The position numbers and the translations under genes are program-made. Below the pieces are notes generated by a model. It had not been told where the DNA came from, did no database searches, and worked only from the letters and a program-made list of their open reading frames with translations. From NCBI GenBank assembly GCA_051530055.1, contig CM121342.1:2390797-2454796 (forward strand): a stretch of 64,000 nt of DNA, in the 5' to 3' direction. The DNA is from Neoechinorhynchus agilis. Lineage: Eukaryota > Animalia > Acanthocephala. Shown here piece after piece: positions 25,925-35,955 of the stretch (positions are counted from its first letter, which is position 1; each line of letters starts with the position of its first letter).

Positions 25925-28225
25925 AAAAACGATGATGAAATAATCTTCGATTTGAAAATGACAAAAAGAGCAGAATTTTGAGTGCAATCTCAAGGAAACA
26001 AGAAGCTAAAGAAATGAACACTAACGAAAAAGAGTAAAAACAAAAATGCTTTTGAATTATCACTTTCTTAGTCGAACTTTAAATAATGAGATGAAAGGAA
26101 TATTGTTTTCAACATTTACGTTGTAGTAAGCAGTTACGAAGATGAAATAATCTTCGATTTCAAAATGGAAAAAGAGTAAAAATTTTGACGAAAAAGAGTA
26201 AAAACAAAAATGATTTTGCATTATTCACTTTCTTAGTCGAAATTTAAATAATGAGATGAAAGGAATTTTGTTTTCAACATTTACGTTGTAGTTGGCATTT
26301 ACGAAGATAAAATAATCTTCGAATTAAAAATGACAGAAAAGAGCACAATTTTGATCAGAATCTCAAGGAAACAAGAAGCTAAAGAAAAACCTGAAAACTA
26401 AAGAGGAAGAGCAACAAAGATGATGTTTTTGAATAATTTTTTTGGTTGAGCTTTAAATAATGAGATGAAAGGAATTTTGTTTTCAACATTTACGTTGTAG
26501 TAAGCAGTTACGATGATGAAATAATCTTCGATTTAAAAATGTCAGAAAAGAGCAGAATTTTTATCAGAATCTCAAGGAAACAAGAAGCTAAAGAAAAACC
26601 TGAAAACTAAAGAGGAAGAGCAACAAGGAAGATGTTTTTGAATAATTGTTTTGGTTGAGCTTTAAATAATGAGATGAAAGGAATTTTGTTTTCAACATTT
26701 ACGTTGTAATAAGCAGTTTCGAAGATGAAATAATTTTCGATTTAAAAATGACAGAGAAGAGCAGAATTTTGATCAGAATCTCAAGGAAAAAAGAAGCTAG
26801 AAAATTGAATACTAACGAAAAAGAGTAAAAACAAAAATGCTTTTGCATTATTCACTTTCTTAGTCGAAATTTAAATAATGAGATGAAAGGAATTTTGTTT
26901 TCAACATTTACGTTCTAGTTAGCAGTTACGAAGATGAAATAATCTTCGATTTCAAAATGGAAAAAGAGTAAAAATAAAAATGCTTTTGAATTATCACTTT
27001 CTTAGTCGAACTTTAAATAATGAGATGAAAGGAGTTTTGTTTTCAACATTTACGTTGTAGTAAGCAGTTACGAAGATGAAATAATTTTCGATTTCAAAAT
27101 GACAGAAAAGAGCAGAATTTTGATCAGAATCTCAAGGAAACAAGAAGCTAAAAAAAGAAACTAAGAAAGAGAAAAATGTTTGATATTTTTTGTGACTTTA
27201 AAAATGAGATGAAAGGAGTTTTGTTTTCAACATTTACGTTGTAGTAAGCAGTTCGAAGATGAAATAATTTGATTTAAAATGACAGAAAAGAGCAGAATTT
27301 TGATCGTTGGGGTAAAATGAATACTAACGAAAAAGAGTAAAAACAAAAATGCTTTTGCATTATTCACTTTCTTAGTCGAACTTTAAACAATGAGATGAAA
27401 GGAGTTTTGTTTTCAACATTTACGTTGTAGTCATTCGAAGATGAAATAATTTTCGATTAAATGACAGAAAGAGCAAATTTTGATCAGAATCTCAAGAAAC
27501 AAGAAGCTAAAAAAATGAAAACTAAAGAAAGAGCACAAAGAATGTTTTTGAATATTTTTTGGTTGAGCTTTAAAAATGAGATGAAAGGAGTTTTGTTTTC
27601 AACATTTACGTTGTAGTAAGCAGTTTCGAAGATGAAATAATTTTCGAATTAAAAATGACAGAAAAGAGCACAATTTTGATCAGAATCTCAAGGAAACAAG
27701 AAGCTAAAGGAAAACCTGAAAACTAAAGATGAAGAACAACAAAGATGTTTTTGAATAATTGTTTTGGTTGAGCTTTAAATAATGAGATGAAAGGAGTTTT
27801 GTTTTCAACATTTACGTTGTAGTAAGCAGTTTCGAAGATGAAATAATTTTCGATTTAAAAATGACAGAAAAGAGCAGAATTTTGATCAGAATCTCAAGGA
27901 AACAAGAAGCTAAAAAAATGAATACTAACGAAAAAGAGTAAAAACAAAAATGCTTTTGCATTATTCACTTTCTTAGTCGAAATTTAAATAATGAGATGAA
28001 AGGAGTTTTGTTTTCAACATTTACGTTGTAGTTGGCATTTACGAAGATAAAATAATCTTCGAATTAAAAATGACAGAAAAGAGCACAATTTTGATCAGAA
28101 TCTCAAGGAAAAAGAAGCTAAAGAAAAACCTGCAAACTCAAGAGGAAGAGTAAAAACAAAGATGCTTTTGAATTTCCTACTTTCTTGGTTGAAATTTTAC
28201 ACAAGGAATGAAAGGAGCATTTTTG
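25925..28225. repeat. Tandem satellite, ~11 units, full unit ~207-211 bp
   Basis: The anchor aacatttacgtt recurs 11 times with spacings of ~140-211 bp. Two alternative distal modules; strong A-rich strand bias. Confidence 0.95.
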
Positions 28226-29127
28226 AGACGACCTTTTGTGAGGCTATTTTTTCTTTTAACCTTTACATGAGTCCTGGACGAGTATGTAATTGTGGAAAAG
28301 GATATTATTCTCGTTCCTAAAAAGTTTTAAAGAGGTTCTTCGGAGTTCGTAAGCGACAAGATCCCACTCACATAGACATTTTCGAGTATGCCGTAAGCGG
28401 CTTGCTCTCGCGCGTTATATCCACAGATTCGCGCAAAAGAGCGGAGGAATAAAAAGACGAACACGATAAAAAAAGGAGCGATTGCTTCACAAATATTGGT
28501 CATTGTTCGATTTCTTGAGTGAAAAAAGAATTGACACCACTTGAGTTGACATTACCTCTTGGTTGTCCAAATATATCGTCCGGGATGACGCAACCAATTG
28601 GAATTCTGAAATTTCTGTCGATTCATCCAAAAAAGGCTTTATAGAAGAAAATCTGTCGGACGTCCGAACAAAAACGCTTTAATCAGAGACAAATCTAATT
28701 TTACAGTTCATTAATTGTGGAAATTTTGCAGTTTTATTTTTAACAACAATGTCAGAAAATTAAAATATCTTCTATGGACGCTCTTGGATTCGTATCGATA
28801 TCCCATTGGCGTTTAAAATTCATTATTTCGATACACTTAGATGCGCTTCGAGACACGCCAAAGGAATAAAGGACGCTTATTTCGCTTGATTAACCATGTA
28901 GACGGAAACCAATTTAAGCATTTGCCAAATCGAATTGTAGTCAATTGCTTTGTGAGCGTCAATTATCATGGGCAAAAACAATGAATACAATGGGTCAATG
29001 GTATTTAATTAGATTTAATTGATGCAAAATTCATGATTTGTGAGAATAGTTAGGAGCTTTTATGCTCCATTTTTAAATTATTATGTTCAGTTGGTCAATA
29101 TTTTAAATTAGGATTATTTTTTAGGAC

Positions 29128-29262
29128 ACTTAGCGTCTATTAATAACTAACAAACTAATCATGAACCCCTTAAGAGGTTCGCAGAACGTCTTTAATAAAT
29201 AATCATTTACTAGGTGTGAAGACTTTTGTAAACAATAATTCCAATCATATACCCCGGTACCT
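29128..29262 (+). repeat. Hammerhead-bearing dispersed repeat (GCAGAA variant)
   Basis: actaacaaactaatcatgaacccc ttaa gaggttcgcagaacgtctttaataaataatcatttac... matches the family consensus; the core is decayed. Confidence 0.7.
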
Positions 29263-29325
29263 TCTTCTCACATAGCGGCAATATTTTAAATTATTTTTCG
29301 ACCGGACTATTTTTAAGCTTTCAAA

Positions 29326-29411
29326 CATTCAGTATTTTAGGTGTAAAGAATTGAAATACTCAACTTTTCATTCAGTATTTTAGGTGTAAAGAATTGAAAT
29401 ACTCAACTTTT
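29326..29411. repeat. Perfect 43-bp tandem duplication
   Basis: cattcagtattttaggtgtaaagaattgaaatactcaactttt occurs twice. Confidence 0.9.
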
Positions 29412-29619
29412 GGATGGTGCACAGAAAGGCAATGAACCGCAATCTGACAAAACCTCAAGAATTTCCGCATAAAAGTAGTCATTCTTGAAAATCAAATCCA
29501 AAATTCTATATTTCGCAATATTTCTGCATACTTTTGTGCGAACTAACCGATATGGAGAATTTAAACGTTAAACCATCTACCTGGTTCGAAATCATTATTT
29601 CATTCCCTTTAGCGTCGAG

Positions 29620-29790
29620 ACACTCTGGAGCAATTGTCGAAGAGACTGAGACGAATCACTGGTGATCCGAGGACATTCCTCCTAGAAAACATAAGTCTGG
29701 CTCGGCAACAGGAAGGGACGTTGCATCCGTCCTTTCGACCATTACACAACGAAGGCAACAGAGTGATCCAGAGCAGTGGTTTGAATGCTT
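29620..29790 (+). mobile_element. CRE-clade 3' end remnant
   Basis: SKRLRRITGDPRTFLLENISLARQQ resembles SKKLRGTTGDARA..LRQNISLSVQRG at 59.1 kb. It is also the reverse complement of 42061-42185. Confidence 0.75.
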
Positions 29791-30536
29791 TAAAAGCTAG
29801 AAATCGATACATCTCTTTATTAGTCCGAAAATTTAATTAAAAAAACACATTTAGATTGTTTAAAACAATATGAGTTTTATAACTCCCGTTTAATCTGAAA
29901 AATGAGTGCTTAAAGCGGATCTTTTCCGGAGAAATCGTTTTACCTCAATAAATACTGGATATCTTTAAAGACTTGCTCAATTATTTCTCATAAAATATAA
30001 ACATATGGATGAGAAAGTAGCACTTCTTCAAAGTGTACTTAGACGGTTCTTGATAAATTGTGGTTTGAAGATAAAGCATGTAAAATGCCAAATTATTCAA
30101 ATTCGTTAAATGCATCTTCAATTTTGTCCAAATCAATGATTCAAACTTGGCTAATAGCACTTGAGTGGGAAACAGCGATATTAATTTCAATTTTTTATGC
30201 TGAAAATCACGAATTTTCACTGAAAAGTACTTTGAAAAGTTTGATTATTAGTGATAATTGTTTTAAAATCAGAAATTAAAGTTTCTTTACGAAGAAATCA
30301 AGTGAGCAAATTACAAATATGTCAAATCTCTGGTTAGAAAATTCGGTTTGATCTAATAACTTTCTACAAAATCTTAAATTTTATCCGATAAGAGGTTTAC
30401 TCAACTGTTTCGTTGTTGTCCTTGACAAAGGTTTCGTATACTTCTTATAGCATATAACACAATGCTTGTTCATTAAGATTTTAAATATCAGATACAGTCT
30501 CGACTTAACACGATGACCACTAAGACACAGGGACTG

Positions 30537-31491
30537 TTAGAATGTCAAGCCAGTCATTTGTGTAAATGTCGCATTTTTCGATTGACACATATACGATCGA
30601 ATATCGAAAGTCGGCGCCGGTCGTTTACACGCTTTGACCTTCTTTGGTTCATTGGGCCAGCGAACTTTGTAACACCGTAAATCCATGATTTTTTCACTGG
30701 TCGACCAACTGAATCGCACAACACACGTATCGAAGCCAAACACTGGATGTAAGTGAGCTTTTAGAAAATCAGTGGTTTTAGGATCTCCTGGATAGCCCGA
30801 TGGATCATTATCTAGATTTGATATAAGAGCATCTCTACACACTTTCGCTACAATACTCGCTGCCGATACACAAGCAAACTTAGAATCAGCTTTCTCACTT
30901 ACAACAAATCGCATCTTTGGATACAAGAACGTCTTTAGATCTAAAGTGCCATTAAAAACGTTAATGAAGTTTACGTTTACGTTTTAAACGTGCTTCGTAT
31001 GTTCGCCACGGACCCACAGTATCCACAAAAACAGCACTTCCATCATGGAACTTGGTTAGCATAAGCTCAACTGTTCGATGAGAGAGTTCGTTTAAATTGA
31101 CTTGGTTGCACTGTCGTCGAAGCATTGATTGAGAAATCATACTGGGACTGATACAAGCGACGACTATAACAAATCCTTGTGATTGAATGTCAATTCTAAG
31201 ACGATTGTGAACACTTTCACGGTCTTCAGCTGTCAATGCTTTTTAGTTTTGATTCTTTTTCGAAGTTACGCAAAGATTCAATACTTTAGAATCGCGACAA
31301 TCACTCAAATCCGCTGATTTTGTATGTCCAAAAGCGCAATAGATCAGTGGACCGAGCACGGGACCGCGACCGGCTTCATCAATTCCAATCACGTATTCCC
31401 GTTCTTTTGATATTTGACCGAAAACATGCAACTGAATCTCATCCTTTAATGGATTAAATATATTTTCCCAACTTTCAAGGTTAGTTGCCAT
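30537..31491 (-). CDS. RNASEH2A: Ribonuclease H2 catalytic subunit A, 3 exons
   Basis: GIDEAGRGPVLGP, DSK, NLNELSH, FVDTVG, KADSKFACVSAASIVAKVCRD, SGYPGDPKT and VRFSWST motifs. Intron 2 (30941-30980) can be GT-AG; intron 1 (~31240-31284) cannot. Confidence 0.93.
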
Positions 31492-31527
31492 TTCTCTGAA
31501 GCAGCGTTCGGGTTACAATTGAACCAT

Positions 31528-31800
31528 ATGATGAGTATTTTGCTAAAAGTGCGATGCCACATAAAGCAGCAGTTGTGTGTTTTGCCGCGTCGCATCTACG
31601 CTCAAATCGATAGTAGCGAAAAGAATATACTTGAGCTCGAAAAGAGCTCCCGAAAAAAGTGACGGTAATTTGATGGATTCAAAAAAACCAGAACGACATT
31701 CATACGCTGAAATTGTGTTTTTATTAATACAAAAAATGGGTTTTTTTAATTTTCAGGCAAAATTTTTCTAGTAAAGTCGTCTTTGTGCACCTCTTTCCAT
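31528..31800 (+). CDS. Possible first exon(s) of a gene divergent from RNASEH2A
   Basis: The ATG at 31528 gives MMSILLKVRCHIKQQLCVLPRRIYAQ..., which is presequence-like. A donor-like site lies at 31659 and a tttcag acceptor near 31757. Continuation not resolved. Confidence 0.3.
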
Positions 31801-31856
31801 CCGCTAATTTATAAAAGCTTTAAACCACTTTTACAGACATTTACAAACATTGACGA

Positions 31857-31945
31857 CACCGCTATCATCCTGGTGTAATGGTCGAACTCATAGATGCAGC
31901 GGAGCTTTTTTGTCGCGCGAAGATTTCAACGTGGTATTAAAAAAG
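31857..31945 (-). mobile_element. Short CRE 3'-end relic
   Basis: Shares tcgaccattacaccagga (minus strand) with the 3' ends at 29.7 and 42.1 kb. Confidence 0.5.
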
Positions 31946-32216
31946 AATTAAACTTGAGATATAACAAAAAAATTCTATTAAAAATTAAGAGAGACATCAC
32001 TAAACGATGAGTCACCCTGCATTTTTGTAGTATCTGAAAAGTTAAAATTTCATACAATTCAGCAAATTTTTCCCCAATGGTAAAATTTAAACGAAAAAAA
32101 ATCAATTTTTGTTTCCATAGAAATACGAAATTTGGATGCGAACATGATATCGTGCCTTCAAATAGTTGTAAATCTTACATAGTTTGAAATTCTGCGAAGT
32201 GAGGTAACTTTTAAAG

Positions 32217-32667
32217 CAAAATAGTAAGCTAATTTGAAAACGAGGTGTTATTTAGGTCTTCACGAGGCGAAGAATTTTTTATTGAAGACGTTCTGGGAAC
32301 CTCGTCAGATTTAACATTAGTTTGTTAATTATTAAAAGACACTTAAGACCAACTAACAAACATCTCTATCAATACATTTTTCTAAGATCAAATTTAAAAA
32401 AGACTACAAGGGACTTTATGGTGAAGATTTAAATGTATGAGGCTGTTTTTGTAAATCTTCACGCCTTCCAGTAAATAATTTTTTTATTAAAAACGTTCTG
32501 CGAACCTCTTTGGGTTTATCATCAGTTTGTTAGTTATTAAAAGACGCTTAAGACCAACTTACAAACCGATGATGAACCCAACGAGGTTCGCAGAACGTCT
32601 TCAATAAAATTCTTTGCCTCGTGAAGACCTAAATAACACTTCGTTTCCAAATTAGCTTACTATTTTG
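32217..32667. repeat. 450-bp palindromic structure with three hammerhead-family units
   Basis: Outer arms of ~85 bp are reverse complements. There are two tandem minus-strand units (~32261-32350, ~32460-32555) and one plus unit (~32560-32660). Confidence 0.8.
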
Positions 32668-34582
32668 TTTTAAAATAGTTTTTTCATGCAAATTTGAGAT
32701 TTATGATTGGTACTGGCACTTTTAGTTGGTCCGAAACCGAGGTTCTGTCTAATGGAAGTTATTAATTTTTCTTTTAAACGTGAAACATTTGGTTGCGTAA
32801 AAAATTACGCGGATAAAAACGGAGCCACAGGTTGAAATATCCGTTTTTGATTCAATTATAGACATTGAGAGCATTTTTACTGCACTCTCAAAAAGCTCTT
32901 TTTTTCCTGTGAATCTGTTCACCTGTGTACAAACAGGCTTAAAATTTATTTCTGATCGACGAGAATATCACTTCTTAAGACTTAAATGGAATTAAAAAAT
33001 TTACTCACTGATCCAGCAAATCAATATTCGTTCAATCCTCCCTTTTTTTTATTGATTTCGCTAACATTATAAAACTCGAACATCAACCTGACAAGTTTAA
33101 ATTTCAAAATTCGGCCATGAAAGCGCAGGTATTTTCAGAAGAGAAAACTACGCTATTTCTATATATTCCAAGGAAAAAGAGTGATAAAGTCTTAGCTCAG
33201 TAAGAAGCGAATAAGGTAAGATAACGCAATATTTTATCGGTTTTGGGCGCCTAAGGAAAAGAAATTGTAGTCATGCGTGTTTTTGTTAAAATCCTCAAAG
33301 AGAAGAATAGAGACTTAAGGACGGAATATAGATCATAAATCCATTGTAAGTTTAATCGGGGAGAAGGTGTGATTAATTGCACTTTCGTGCTGAAAAAAGC
33401 ACAGTGATTCTGATTTTAAGATTTCGGAAATTGGTTAACATTGATTTTCGTAACCGTTCAAATCCCTCACCACTAACGGATTTGACTTTTAGATGAAATG
33501 TTAATTAAAGAGATTTAATGTGCATTTGAAAAAAAGTGTGAATACCCGATTAAATCGAAATAAATACAATCTGAATTTTCAGTTAAACAATCACCATTTT
33601 ATTTTGTTGTTTAATCGAAAATCAACGTCGAATGTGTCTTTGTACGAGCTTTTTAAAATAAAAGAGAGTGAGCAACTGTTAGAGCCTCGTAAAAAAAGCT
33701 TTTAGCTTGAATGTTGCCAGGAGATCATGGCAGGCATGATGAATCTACCCGTTTCGCCCAGCAAATGTTCCACTATTTGCGATAAGGAAACGGAGCGTGT
33801 TTGTGATATCACAAAAAAGACATTGCATAATTCATAAATGGTCACTCTGGGCAAATATACACTCATTTCATCATTCTTTCAATCATGAAGCTCTCAAATT
33901 GTGCACAAGTATCGTTATAAAAGAAGAGGAAACAAAGTAGAAAACAAAGGATTCCATGTGCCGACAGGTTCAAGAAAACTCGAAACTGATACATCCATTT
34001 TTAATGAAGTTTTATTATAGCGTTTACGGCCGTCCATAATAAGCATTCTTTTTATTGCGTCAACTAATGGACTACAGAATTCGGTGGATTTACTATTTTA
34101 GACTTGGAAACTGAATCAATAGGAAACTTCTTGCATGTTCCATCAATAATTCCATTATAATTAAAAGAATAAGAGCAATGCGATATTCCCCAAAATGGAG
34201 TCCACCAATAGAACCAACGAATGGCCGTTTTGTTCTCTAATACTGAATCTATACTACTAATTTTTTTAATTTTCCACAAAATATCGCCTTAAAAATGCAC
34301 ACTGTGGTGATCTTACCCGAAATCCTTTTCATTGAACGAGCTCGTTCAATTAAATCCAGTTGAATAAAATTCACCGGAGCATTTCAATGGCGATTATCTA
34401 AAACGAAAATTTGACATCTTTTAAAAAATTGATGGGTTTCGTCTTCTATAAATGCACCCGGATTTCTTATCTTTCGTTCCCTTTTCACAGAAAGCAGTAA
34501 ATAAGTTTAATGAGGACCGTGTTTTGAGAACGCGATATCTTAAACACTTAATTTTGAGTATACAACTCACGCTTCCTTAAAT

Positions 34583-35947
34583 CTACTTGCGTCGTCTTTT
34601 AGGAACTACATTGTCCGTTGATGAAGTCCATCTCGACTCTCCTCTGCGTGAATAAGGATTATTTCTTGACGACGTCTGATGTCGTCCGCCGCCGCCTCCA
34701 TTTCTGCCATTGACTACTGAGACGTGTGAAGTAGGCCTGGAGGACGATTGATTGGTGCCATTAAGAATTGATCTCCCATTCCGCTTCTCAGAAACCTTTT
34801 GTCCATCCTGTTCAGTAATCTCAGTCACCTCACCGTTGTCAAAGATCTTTGTCGTAGTCACCCGATGACCGTTCACAATTCTAGTTGTCTTCTGAACTCC
34901 TTGTCTCATCTCAGGACCCCCCTTCCCTCCACTCATGTAAGAACTAATGCTCGTAGCGAAACCTCCATTCGTCTGAGCTCTTTGAGGTTCAGCTGCGTCG
35001 AACAACAAACTATTGAACATTCCAAAGCCAGGCATCGAACCCAATGGGTTCATTAGAATATTGATTGGGTTGAGTTGTTGACGACCGAAGTTGAAAAACC
35101 CACGTGGACTGGGATCCATAAAATCATCGAAGTTAAAGAGTCCGCCGCCATTACCACCGGATCGTTGCCCAAGTTCTCCGAACATTTCTTCAAACAGCTG
35201 AAACGGGTTTCGAGACATGAACTCATCGAATATGTCGAAAATGTCCGCATGTCTACGAGCTGAAAACCTATTAGTAGTGTGGTCAGATGAACCCGTGCCG
35301 CCGTTAGAGCTCGCCCGAAGTCCATCTAAACCATACTGATCGTAAATTCGTCTTTTTGAAGGATCTGACAAAACTTCGTATGCAGCAGTAATCTGCTTAA
35401 ATTTAACTTCCGCTATGTGTTTATTGTCCGGATTCTTGTCTGGATGCCAGCGTAAAACGATGAAGATGATGTCGCGCAAAATTTAGAGAAAATAGTAGAG
35501 TTCTTTAAAATAAAACAAAAATAAAATCATGTATTTTCGAACAGACTTTTCTTGGTTTTTATGTTTGAGACTAACACGAAAAAAAACACAAAGCACGTTG
35601 AAAATAAGATTTCAATCAAATTTTACATTTTCATCTTTTTTTCAGTAGTACAAACGAAGAGAAAATAATATATTTTCGGATTTTGATCAATCGGTTAAAA
35701 TAACGGAAAAATCATTATTTGTTAACGAGAAGCAAATCGCCAAGGAGGATTTCAAGAGAGAGAAAAAATGTTATAATTAAGTCTATAATTTGGTTTGTTT
35801 ATGAAAGAAGAAATGACTCATCTTCATCGATAGAGCCAATTTTCTGTACGCTTTCTTGATATCATCACCATTTGCAGACCTCGTGATTTCAAGAATCTTA
35901 TAAAAATCGGTTTCCTCCACGTTGTTTGGATGGGGTGACGACGGCAT
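34583..35947 (-). CDS. DnaJ class B co-chaperone (DNAJB6/B2-like)
   Basis: The J-domain FYKILEI...[11 protein letters not shown] (35947-35831) continues as [11 protein letters not shown]...[15 protein letters not shown] (35452-34583). A G/F-rich region and a TTRIVNG..VTT C-terminal domain follow. Confidence 0.9.
35453..35830 (-). other. 378-bp interruption of the J-domain bounded by 12-bp inverted repeats (non-canonical intron or MITE insertion)
   Basis: CGATGAAGATGA at 35458-35469 and TCATCTTCATCG at 35818-35829, with TA on both flanks. It contains in-frame stops, and no usable GT-AG solution was found. Confidence 0.75.
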
Positions 35948-35955
35948 CGACGACT

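Noticed and set aside
25925-28225. CRISPR-like array or repetitive protein ORF
   Set aside because: Eukaryotic context, no unique spacers, and stops in all frames; it is a satellite.
30941-30980. RNASEH2A intron 2 as another non-canonical intron
   Set aside because: An in-frame 40-nt GT-AG solution exists, although it makes the loop about 4 aa longer than in human.
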